A DNA stretch of 64,000 nucleotides from a virus (lineage: Duplodnaviria > Caudoviricetes), in IMG/VR virus record IMGVR_UViG_3300008114_000046, positions 6,869 to 70,868 of that record; one strand, given 5' to 3'. The notes under the pieces are model-generated. The model did not search any database and was not told where the DNA came from. It was given only the letters and a program-made list of their open reading frames with translations. This document shows positions 36,910 to 44,683 of the stretch, piece by piece. Made by a program: the position numbers and the translations under genes. Each line of letters starts with the position of its first letter. Within the stretch, counting starts at the first letter, position 1.

Positions 36910-38000
36910 TTAACTACCCTTAGCAGAATACATTCTTGATTGAGTCGACCATTAGGCTTGCTTTCCGCTGTCTTTATATTTGACATAAACGACCTCAGTC
37001 CAACCTTGCCTACTGACAAGAGACCCGTCAGGGATTCTTCTGGCTTTCGTAGAGTCTTCGACGTACTGGATTCGACATCCCATCCAGTAAGAGTCGTTCC
37101 CTTGACTTGAATACCCGCAGGTCCCACCGCTAGGTACTGAGTCAGTTTGCGATATTTGGTGTTGTACACCCATAGCTGTTGACATCCAATAATTTCTGCC
37201 GGATGTACCGACACAATCTTCAGTGAAGGTTCTTCCTTCTGGTACTTCAGGCTTTTGACCAGATCAACGGCCGACTTGACCTTCTTCTCTCTTGGCTTAC
37301 GAACCTTTACTACCTTTTTATTATTTAGGTATCTTTCGATGTCAGCGAAGAAATTATTCCAAAAATTTAACCAAAACTTTTGACGCTTGCCAAATGCTTC
37401 CTTAACCTGTTCATCATTAGAACGAATCTCATCCCATTGTGGACGATAGTAGTCAGAAACAATGTTTAGGATTTGAGGATTAAGTTCCTTGGCCTGACAG
37501 AAGTTATACATGGAGAAGTCTTTGCCATCCATGACAAGATCAATTTCTTCTTCAAGATTCGTGATAATGATATTGGCCTTATCACGAACACGTGCTTGAA
37601 TATCAACAACCGGCTTAGGTGCTTCTTCGACTTCGTCTACTACCTGCTTGCCAGCTTGAATTAGATCACGTACGCTATTCTTGAAGTACTCCACATTCTT
37701 TTCTGGTAGTTCATTACCATTCGAAAGAATACGAGCAACACTACCAAGAGTCTTAGAGATCTTCCACTTAGGAAGCTTCCGAATGAAAGCAATATCACTC
37801 TTGGTATAGTTCTTCTTCATGTAGTCAAAGAACCATTCACGAGCATCATCATCGTTGCCCATGTAGTTGTACCAATTCAGAGCGTCTGTAAAGCTACCAA
37901 CAACAATTGGTTCTGGTCCATAGTGCTTGTCATCGATCGATTTGATCGTTGCACGTGACTTTTGCTTTGGTTTAGCTTTGGTCTTAATACTGATAGCCAT
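36906..38000 (-). CDS. Conserved hypothetical early protein (364 aa)
   Basis: Own promoter and RBS GAGGA; C-terminal LWVYNTKYRKL...KTLRKPEE...NGRLNQECILL. Confidence 0.75.
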   Translation of the reverse strand: MAISIKTKAKPKQKSRATIKSIDDKHYGPEPIVVGSFTDALNWYNYMGNDDDAREWFFDYMKKNYTKSDIAFIRKLPKWKISKTLGSVARILSNGNELPEKNVEYFKNSVRDLIQAGKQVVDEVEEAPKPVVDIQARVRDKANIIITNLEEEIDLVMDGKDFSMYNFCQAKELNPQILNIVSDYYRPQWDEIRSNDEQVKEAFGKRQKFWLNFWNNFFADIERYLNNKKVVKVRKPREKKVKSAVDLVKSLKYQKEEPSLKIVSVHPAEIIGCQQLWVYNTKYRKLTQYLAVGPAGIQVKGTTLTGWDVESSTSKTLRKPEESLTGLLSVGKVGLRSFMSNIKTAESKPNGRLNQECILLRVVK

Positions 38001-38025
38001 AGTTTTCCTCTTTGATTATAGATTA

Positions 38026-38054
38026 AATCTACATCAATTTCAAAAAAATGTCAA
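38026..38054 (-). promoter_or_regulatory. sigma70-like early promoter
   Basis: TTGACA-17-TAGATT. Confidence 0.7.
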
Positions 38055-38644
38055 CCACTAATTTCTGTGCGCAAATATTTTGCAATCATATGCATGATCG
38101 CTTGGTGCACATCTTCAGCGGCTTCGTATTCTTGAATGTCAACATGGAGAGAAATGTCTGCAAGCTGAGCACATTTGTTATCACGTGAAAATCCTGTCAG
38201 AGCAATAGTTTTTACTTTTAGCTTCTTTGCAGTCTCAATTGCCTTGACAACATTAGGAGAGTTACCACTCGATGAGATGGCTACAAGCACATCGCCTTCT
38301 TGACCAAGTGCTTCGAGTTGGAATGAATATACATCATCATAACTAATATCATTGGAGATGGCAGTCATGAGAGGAATATTAGCAGCCAACGAGATCACTC
38401 GTGGTCTCATGCCACCCTTCTTACATCCCTTGGTATAATCACATGCCCAGTGCTGAGCAATCGCAGCAGAAGCACCATTACCAATCGTATAGATGTTATT
38501 ACGATAATTTGAAATACTCGTTAACCGAATAAGTTCAGCGGCCTTTTTAAATTCGTCATGATCGATACTGGCAAACCCAATATTAATCAGGCCTAGATGA
38601 TCGAATATGATATCAGTCTCTATAGACAACTCTTGCTCCTTCAT
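38051..38644 (-). CDS. gmhA: Phosphoheptose (sedoheptulose-7-P) isomerase, SIS family
   Basis: IGNGASAAIAQHWACD, TAISNDISYDDVYSFQL, GDVLVAISSSGNSPNVVKAI, EDVHQ. Confidence 0.85.
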   Translation of the reverse strand: MKEQELSIETDIIFDHLGLINIGFASIDHDEFKKAAELIRLTSISNYRNNIYTIGNGASAAIAQHWACDYTKGCKKGGMRPRVISLAANIPLMTAISNDISYDDVYSFQLEALGQEGDVLVAISSSGNSPNVVKAIETAKKLKVKTIALTGFSRDNKCAQLADISLHVDIQEYEAAEDVHQAIMHMIAKYLRTEISG

Positions 38645-39563
38645 GTGAAATACCTACGTCAAGGCAAGTATGATCTGAGAATTCTTGGCGAATCTTACTC
38701 TTGGCATCTGTGAGTGCCAGCATATAACCACCACCGCCTGCACCAAGCAATTTAGCTCCAAGTGCGCCGGCTTGTTGGCATCGATCGTACATACTATCTA
38801 TCTCTTCAGAAGAGATGCCTTCAGTTATTTGTTTCTTTAATATCCACGCAGCATTAAGCAAGCGACCATAATCATTGATATCTACCTGCTGAGTGCCTTG
38901 CATCCTTGCCATGTCGGCAAGTTGGCGAATGACAAACGTCTTGGCTTCAAAGTTGATGTTATCCAAGATCTTTGCGGCATGGTGTTCTACATTAGTAGGA
39001 ATCAAAATCATATAGTTCTCAATTGCATTTGAGTCTAAACGTTTGACATCTACACGGCCATTGCCAAGTTCATTAGCATACTCAATGTAGTTCATACCAC
39101 CAAATGCAGATGCAAACTGGTCCTGCATACCAATCTTCCAACCACAGAGATCGATCTCGATATGACACGCAGTTTTAGCAATAGTATATGGATTGACGTA
39201 TTCATAACCAAGATAGGCAGATAATGCCTTGACAAGAGCACAAGTAAAAGCAGACGATCCACCAAGACCGTTGCCGATCGTGGGAATGTCTGCGAATGAT
39301 GTGATCTCGATGTTGGATTTGATTCCAAAGAATTTCAAAGCATTCCGAACGATTTCATTCTGAATGTCTTCTACGTCGGTAACACATTCTAACTTTGAAT
39401 ATGTTACCTTAATATGATCGTGAGGAGTATGCATGACTGCTACATAGACATACTTGTCGATAGCAGTCGAGATAGTTGCTCCACCCCATTGGGCAAAGTG
39501 GGTGGGGATATCACTACCCCCACCGAAGAACGATACTCTAAGAGGCGCTTTTGCCAAGATCAC
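38613..39563 (-). CDS. hddA: GHMP kinase, D-glycero-D-manno-heptose-7-phosphate kinase-like
   Basis: APLRVSFFGGGSD, STAIDKYVYV, GLGGSSAF, GMQDQFASAFGG, GAKLLGAGGGG. Confidence 0.82.
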   Translation of the reverse strand: MILAKAPLRVSFFGGGSDIPTHFAQWGGATISTAIDKYVYVAVMHTPHDHIKVTYSKLECVTDVEDIQNEIVRNALKFFGIKSNIEITSFADIPTIGNGLGGSSAFTCALVKALSAYLGYEYVNPYTIAKTACHIEIDLCGWKIGMQDQFASAFGGMNYIEYANELGNGRVDVKRLDSNAIENYMILIPTNVEHHAAKILDNINFEAKTFVIRQLADMARMQGTQQVDINDYGRLLNAAWILKKQITEGISSEEIDSMYDRCQQAGALGAKLLGAGGGGYMLALTDAKSKIRQEFSDHTCLDVGISHEGARVVYRD

Positions 39564-40521
39564 TGTGTTGTTCCTTCAATGATGCAATCAGACCCTTCCA
39601 CTTAGGCATAATTGATTCCCAAGAGAATCGAGTATCAGCATATGCCTTGATGAATGTAAGAAGGTTTGTCAAGTCGTTATTCTGTACGTTTTCAATAGCA
39701 TACATTAGAGTATGAGCAAAGATGTTGGCATGAAGATTCATGTCTTCATGATCGCCATCATACTGTACAGTCAAACCAGCAGAGGTATCAGTCAATGCAG
39801 AGAAGTTAGGATGAACTGCCAAACAACCAGCAGACATTGCTTCAATCAATGAGCGGCAAGACGTCTCTGGCCAGATACATGGATACGCAAAGATGTGAGC
39901 CTTTTGATATGCTGCACGTACTGTTTCCTGATCTGCCCAACCGTGATAGTTGATTTGTGGATGGTCTCTCATTTTCTGGAAGAGTGGTTCATATTGAGCA
40001 TCACGCCCTTCCCAGTTCTTACCATAGATACCAAACGAGCTAAAGACATCTAGTTCGATGTTTGGATACTTTTCTGCGAGAGCGCAAAAAACAGGAACCA
40101 GAATCTCCAATCCGCGATGAGGTGTGGATGTATAAATGAGGCGTATCTTGTCCTTTGGCTTCTCAACGAGTGGGATAGGTTCGACACCTGTTTCAATAAC
40201 GCACGATTGATGGCTATATGGAATTCCAAGATAGTCGCGATATTGCTGATATTGCCAGTTAGAGCTGAAGACCAACTTGTGGAAGCGATCTCGAGAAGCT
40301 GGATCTTTGAGGTGTTCAGCTTCCGGATCGAGAGGTAGGTCGTGAAGATGATAGATTCTAATTCGCTCTGAATCAAGTTCGCGGACGCGAGCAGTGATAA
40401 TTTGGACGCCATCGAGTTCATCACGTGTAAGTCGGTGGAAGAGATTCCGGGTGGTAAGTTCTGTTCCACCATTCGACTCCTTGTTCAGTTCATTCAATTC
40501 AATTAGGTCTTGGTTATTCAT
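39538..40521 (-). CDS. GT-B (GT4-like) glycosyltransferase (start revised to 40521)
   Basis: GGTE, LIYTSTPHRGL, and ETSCRSLIEAMSAG (E-x7-E motif). Confidence 0.85.
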   Translation of the reverse strand: MNNQDLIELNELNKESNGGTELTTRNLFHRLTRDELDGVQIITARVRELDSERIRIYHLHDLPLDPEAEHLKDPASRDRFHKLVFSSNWQYQQYRDYLGIPYSHQSCVIETGVEPIPLVEKPKDKIRLIYTSTPHRGLEILVPVFCALAEKYPNIELDVFSSFGIYGKNWEGRDAQYEPLFQKMRDHPQINYHGWADQETVRAAYQKAHIFAYPCIWPETSCRSLIEAMSAGCLAVHPNFSALTDTSAGLTVQYDGDHEDMNLHANIFAHTLMYAIENVQNNDLTNLLTFIKAYADTRFSWESIMPKWKGLIASLKEQHSDLGKSAS

Positions 40522-40855
40522 TATGTTCTCCGCGAATTTCATAATCTGCAATATGGAAGAATTGCCGATCACTAAGCGCTTTGTCATCAATCCATACATC
40601 ATAGGAAGGCTTTCCTAGACGGACTTCATGAAACTTGCAGCCCCAGTCATTTAGTTGTTTGTTTGTAAGTTCGGTCCAGTCGATTCCCGACCCTGAACCA
40701 CGGGCCGTCCAATAGATAATGGTATGGCCTTGATCGTATAGTCTATTTATTGCTTCAATTCTATGGCGCAATGGGCTGGAATGTTCATACATGTGTTTGC
40801 CACTCACATATGGTGTCAGACAAATAGTCTGGTCAATATCTACCATGTAAATCAT
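40514..40855 (-). CDS. HAD-family phosphatase (small, capless)
   Basis: VDIDQTIC (DxDxT), WTARG, GKP, WIDDK. Confidence 0.82.
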   Translation of the reverse strand: MIYMVDIDQTICLTPYVSGKHMYEHSSPLRHRIEAINRLYDQGHTIIYWTARGSGSGIDWTELTNKQLNDWGCKFHEVRLGKPSYDVWIDDKALSDRQFFHIADYEIRGEHNE

Positions 40856-41154
40856 GATTCTTTAGTAAATCCAATGACCGAGTCATAGCGGAATGAACGC
40901 CATCCTTGGTTCTCAAGATCCCATACTGCCAGAACATCTGGATTAGGAGTCTTCTTTTGTACTGCTTCTTCAAGATCAGTTTGTGCAGGAAGAAGATCTG
41001 GCTTCAGTGTGCAGACCATCCTGCGCTCTGTTCCATCCTTCTTCACAAAAAGCACTTCAACTACATCACTGAGTAGTGCTTGCTTGAGATAATCATTCCG
41101 CCAGGAAGTGTTGCTCTGGTCGGTTGTAGTATTCAACGAGTCTGTCATAACCAC
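40852..41154 (-). CDS. WYL/SH3-like small protein
   Basis: FVKKDGTERRMVCTL...VWDLENQGWRSFR motif. Confidence 0.65.
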   Translation of the reverse strand: MVMTDSLNTTTDQSNTSWRNDYLKQALLSDVVEVLFVKKDGTERRMVCTLKPDLLPAQTDLEEAVQKKTPNPDVLAVWDLENQGWRSFRYDSVIGFTKES

Positions 41155-41344
41155 CTACTTCTTCTCCATCAATAATAATAAAAGGAACTGTTCTCACGTT
41201 TGGAAAGATTTCCATAAACTCTTCACGAGTTAATTCTGCACCAATCTTCATCTCTTGATAGGTGACACCTTTTGCAGAAAATAGATTTTTAGCCTGCACA
41301 CAAAATGGACAATTGTCTTTAGTGTAGATAATAACCTTATTCAT
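41093..41344 (-). CDS. Glutaredoxin
   Basis: CPFC, TVPFI and GGYD motifs. Confidence 0.92.
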   Translation of the reverse strand: MNKVIIYTKDNCPFCVQAKNLFSAKGVTYQEMKIGAELTREEFMEIFPNVRTVPFIIIDGEEVGGYDRLVEYYNRPEQHFLAE

Positions 41345-41603
41345 CTGCATTCTTTCCTCTGTAAATGTTTGCTACATAACGAGGATCGCCCCATGCAGTA
41401 TTTGCACGGACACGAATAAAGCGCATATTTGAACTTGGTCCTGGAACGGTAACCCAAGGATTCTGACCTCTCTTCCAAGCCTTTAGCTTGTTCATTGCTT
41501 TCTCAAGAGGTGTCGTATCTCTACGCATTTCCTTTACACCAGCAACGATATTACGGCGCTGGCCTTTTGATACAACTGTTTTACGAGTTCTCTTCTTACC
41601 CAT
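41337..41603 (-). CDS. Basic hypothetical protein
   Basis: RBS GAGG; operon continuity. Confidence 0.65.
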   Translation of the reverse strand: MGKKRTRKTVVSKGQRRNIVAGVKEMRRDTTPLEKAMNKLKAWKRGQNPWVTVPGPSSNMRFIRVRANTAWGDPRYVANIYRGKNADE

Positions 41604-41612
41604 TATATAACC

Positions 41613-41708
41613 TCACTTCTTGTTTTTACGAGCACCACGTGCTTTGCGCTTAGTTGAGCCGATTTTACGGCGACCCTTACGTGGTCTATTTTTTGCTGGA
41701 TGTGGCAT
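41613..41708 (-). CDS. Very basic 31-aa peptide (not in ORF track)
   Basis: MPHPAKNRPRKGRRKIGSTKRKARGARKNKK*; AAGGTG RBS and promoter upstream. Confidence 0.55.
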   Translation of the reverse strand: MPHPAKNRPRKGRRKIGSTKRKARGARKNKK

Positions 41709-41724
41709 ATCACTTCACCTTCTT

Positions 41725-41755
41725 ATTATATAACATTCTTCTCAATTAATGTCAA
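41725..41755 (-). promoter_or_regulatory. sigma70-like promoter inside the 3' end of speD, reading into the grx/heptose cluster
   Basis: TTGACA-17-TATATAAT. Confidence 0.6.
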
Positions 41756-42112
41756 CTCATTTTCTCTATCAATATACTTATACTCTACTTTTGTTGGGTT
41801 CCAAGCTTCAATGGCTTGAAATACATCTTGAATATTCAGAGTACTACATGTATAGACGTCCAATTGAGCAAGTGCTGGTTCGCACTCGTCCCAAACATGA
41901 AGAGCAATATGACTAGTTTCAATGATGGTTACTGCAGTCAAGCCACGGTTACCAACCATATCTGAATAGACCGAATAAGGTCCCATCAGAATCTTCATAT
42001 CAATAGCTTCCACAAGGTTTTTCATCCATGCTTCAATAGCAGTCGTGCACTGTGGAGGATTACTTAATTCTGCTCTTACAATTAAGTGCTTATGTTCTAG
42101 TACTTTGCCCAC
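41726..42112 (-). CDS. speD: Pyruvoyl-dependent decarboxylase, SAM decarboxylase (SpeD) family
   Basis: GLTAVTIIETSHIALHVWDE...LDVYTC. Confidence 0.8.
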   Translation of the reverse strand: MGKVLEHKHLIVRAELSNPPQCTTAIEAWMKNLVEAIDMKILMGPYSVYSDMVGNRGLTAVTIIETSHIALHVWDECEPALAQLDVYTCSTLNIQDVFQAIEAWNPTKVEYKYIDRENELTLIEKNVI

Positions 42113-42113
42113 C

Positions 42114-42536
42114 TCATAAAGTCTCCTGTTTGGGGTTAAAAAGTAAAGCCTTCACATGGCTTGCTTGAATCTTACAACTTACCCAAGTATTATAGTAGTT
42201 TGGATCTAATATTGCATCGTAATCAAAGATGTATTTTGTTTCAAAGTAATTACATTCACCACGGGATTTACATAGACGGAGAATAGTTCTTTTGAAATTC
42301 TCTTTGCCGAGCTTTTCAATGTCCTCTTTTAGAGCAGAAGAAGACCCGTAATAGGAATCCCAATCGGACTCTACTCGGATCTTCTTACGTTTGCCTTTGA
42401 CAGTCTTGTATCCAGCTTTTGTGAGATACTTGCGACCTATGTATTTTTTACCATTGGTCAAGTTTTCAATGAGATATACGAAGCCGTACCATTCATCGTC
42501 GTGAGTAAACTCTTTGTCTTCGTATAACCAACCCAT
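42114..42536 (-). CDS. GIY-YIG (Seg-like) endonuclease
   Basis: GFVYLIENLTNGKKYIGRK...YYGSS...FKRTIL...E; start set at MGWLY. Confidence 0.8.
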   Translation of the reverse strand: MGWLYEDKEFTHDDEWYGFVYLIENLTNGKKYIGRKYLTKAGYKTVKGKRKKIRVESDWDSYYGSSSALKEDIEKLGKENFKRTILRLCKSRGECNYFETKYIFDYDAILDPNYYNTWVSCKIQASHVKALLFNPKQETL

Positions 42537-42568
42537 AAATCTATTCCATAACAAGCGGAAAGATTTAT

Positions 42569-42706
42569 TTATTCATCTTCTTCGTCATCAAAAAGATCTT
42601 CAATATCAAGTTCTTCAGAACAAAAGGGACAATAAACTGGTTTTATAGTACTGTCCGTGATGATTTTAAATTCCTCATCGCATGAGGGGCAGGTTATCCA
42701 ATCCAT
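42569..42706 (-). CDS. Small zinc-ribbon protein (45 aa, not in ORF track)
   Basis: MDWITCPSCDEEF...YCPFCSEELDIEDLFDDEEDE*; TAATG overlap with the nrdB stop. Confidence 0.7.
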   Translation of the reverse strand: MDWITCPSCDEEFKIITDSTIKPVYCPFCSEELDIEDLFDDEEDE

Positions 42707-43788
42707 TAAAGTGAGAATCCTTTGAAAGTGTTTTCGTCTACATCCTTTTTAACACCACCAATTACATAACTAGTAATTTCTGTTTCTTGTGGAGCAACCT
42801 GAACTTCGGAACCTGAGATCCACTTTTGAGTCCATGGCAAAGGATTCGCTCCAGGCTTACCATTGAGTCCAATAGCACCCATACGCTTTGCGGCAATATG
42901 ATCTACGTACTGGCAAAGAAGTTCTTCCTTCAGACCAATCATCGACCCGTTCTGAAATAGGTAATGTGCCCAGCTTTTTTCTTGTTCGACCACTCGGTAA
43001 AACATGCTGATGCACTCATCCCGTGTTTCTTCTTGTATGCGAGCAAAGTCTTCATCCTCTTTCGGTAGAATTTTGAGGAGCTGCTGAGTTGAGGCAAGAT
43101 GAACGTTCTCGTCCCGCGCGATAAGCTTGATGATTTTGGCGTTTCCTTCCATCTTCTTAACTTCCGCAAAAGCCCAACTGCATGCAAACGAGACATAGAA
43201 CCTTACTCCTTCTAAAGCATTCACGGCATTTAGACAGAGCCAAAGTGCTTTCTTATGATCGTATTCATTATAAAATTCGCCGGGATCATATGCCAGATTA
43301 TTCCACTTAATCAGATCATCATAGTACTTACTAATGTCTTGTGCGCAATCAGCTATTTCCTGGATGTCCAGCATCTCATCAAAGACTCTGGAAGGATCAG
43401 AATAGACGTTACGAATGATATGAGTGTAGGAACGGGAATGAATCGTCTCACTAAACGCCCAAGTCTGGATCCAGGTTTCCAGCTCAGGAAGCGAACATAT
43501 TGGAAGAAAAGCCAGAGATGGAGCTCTACCCTGAACAGAATCAAGGAGGATTTGCCTCTTGAGATTGCTTGTGAAAATATGTTTCTCATTCTCTGTCAAT
43601 CCTTTAAAGTCTTTACTATCACGTGACAGATCAACTTCCTCTGGTCTCCAAAAGAAACCGAGTTGCTTATCAGTTAGTTTTTCAAAAATAGAATAACGCT
43701 GTTTGTCATAGCGAGCAATATTTACTGGCTCGCCAAAGAAACAATTCTGTTGTGTCGCATCTTCAAACTTGATGCTAAATACTGTCAT
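42706..43788 (-). CDS. nrdB: Ribonucleotide reductase class Ia beta subunit
   Basis: FFWRPEE, LLDSVQG, ETIHSRSY, LEGVRFYVSF, DENVH, APQETE. Confidence 0.96.
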   Translation of the reverse strand: MTVFSIKFEDATQQNCFFGEPVNIARYDKQRYSIFEKLTDKQLGFFWRPEEVDLSRDSKDFKGLTENEKHIFTSNLKRQILLDSVQGRAPSLAFLPICSLPELETWIQTWAFSETIHSRSYTHIIRNVYSDPSRVFDEMLDIQEIADCAQDISKYYDDLIKWNNLAYDPGEFYNEYDHKKALWLCLNAVNALEGVRFYVSFACSWAFAEVKKMEGNAKIIKLIARDENVHLASTQQLLKILPKEDEDFARIQEETRDECISMFYRVVEQEKSWAHYLFQNGSMIGLKEELLCQYVDHIAAKRMGAIGLNGKPGANPLPWTQKWISGSEVQVAPQETEITSYVIGGVKKDVDENTFKGFSL

Positions 43789-44330
43789 TCTACTCTCCAG
43801 GTACTGTCGTTAAGTTTGAGATCCTTAGGCCAATCGCCTTCGGTGTATGACTTATCATGGAATCGAAGTTCATTCGTTGGCATGATAGTAAGTCTACCAT
43901 TGTCAAGTTGAATGAACATGAATTCTTTTGATTGAGACGGGTGTTGTGTATATCCATCGTTCATTGGAACGACTGTAAAAAGATAACGACCGTAAAGGCC
44001 GCTTCTTCGAATCTCTGCTTGTTGGCTGTGCAGATAACTATATATCAATACAGAAAACTGATCGCCATAACAATCCCATATTTGTGTGTCTTTAAGACGC
44101 CAACTTTTTTCTGGATCTGGTGCAAATGCTAATGCATGAGGAGGAACACCTCTCCAAACTGCACCACATTCAAGCATTACATGACATCCCCATGAATGAC
44201 CTGCTTTTGCATGTAGTGCAAACCAAATACAAGGCTCATATGTATTAGGCTTAGCATCTTTGCGAATAAATGAAGAATCTACCCAACAGTAAATGTGGTG
44301 AGGAAGATTCCCTGAGCCTGTGTATAGCAT
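43785..44330 (-). CDS. Hypothetical protein between nrdA and nrdB
   Basis: 181-aa ORF, ATGA-coupled to nrdB. Confidence 0.7.
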   Translation of the reverse strand: MLYTGSGNLPHHIYCWVDSSFIRKDAKPNTYEPCIWFALHAKAGHSWGCHVMLECGAVWRGVPPHALAFAPDPEKSWRLKDTQIWDCYGDQFSVLIYSYLHSQQAEIRRSGLYGRYLFTVVPMNDGYTQHPSQSKEFMFIQLDNGRLTIMPTNELRFHDKSYTEGDWPKDLKLNDSTWRVE

Positions 44331-44331
44331 T

Positions 44332-44511
44332 CTAACCCTTTTCTTCTAAAAACTGAATGTTATGGTAAGCTTCCACTCTATGAATAACCTGTCCATTATA
44401 TTCAAGTTCTAGTTCAACGGCCGTGCTTTCAGAACGACGATTCAAAGAAATCAGTTTATACTTCTTTCCGGCGTCATCCCATTTGTCGTTATCAATCATA
44501 ATATAATCCAT
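44332..44511 (-). CDS. Hypothetical protein (start probably MDYIMI)
   Basis: RBS AGGAG before ATG 44511. Confidence 0.55.
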   Translation of the reverse strand: MDYIMIDNDKWDDAGKKYKLISLNRRSESTAVELELEYNGQVIHRVEAYHNIQFLEEKG

Positions 44512-44524
44512 TTTCACTCTCCTG

Positions 44525-44671
44525 TCAACGGCCTTGGCCACGGTATGCTTTAAAATTTCTCTTCTTATGCTTATTCATTGACGACAGTTTTGGTCGACGT
44601 GTATCTTGCGATGTACCAGTTACAATTTTTACGTGTTGTACAGCTGATGCTGCTGGCGCTTTTCTTGCCAT
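44525..44671 (-). CDS. Basic 48-aa peptide (not in ORF track)
   Basis: MARKAPAASAVQHVKIVTGTSQDTRRPKLSSMNKHKKRNFKAYRGQGR*; RBS AGGAG. Confidence 0.65.
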   Translation of the reverse strand: MARKAPAASAVQHVKIVTGTSQDTRRPKLSSMNKHKKRNFKAYRGQGR

Positions 44672-44683
44672 TGAATACTCCTG

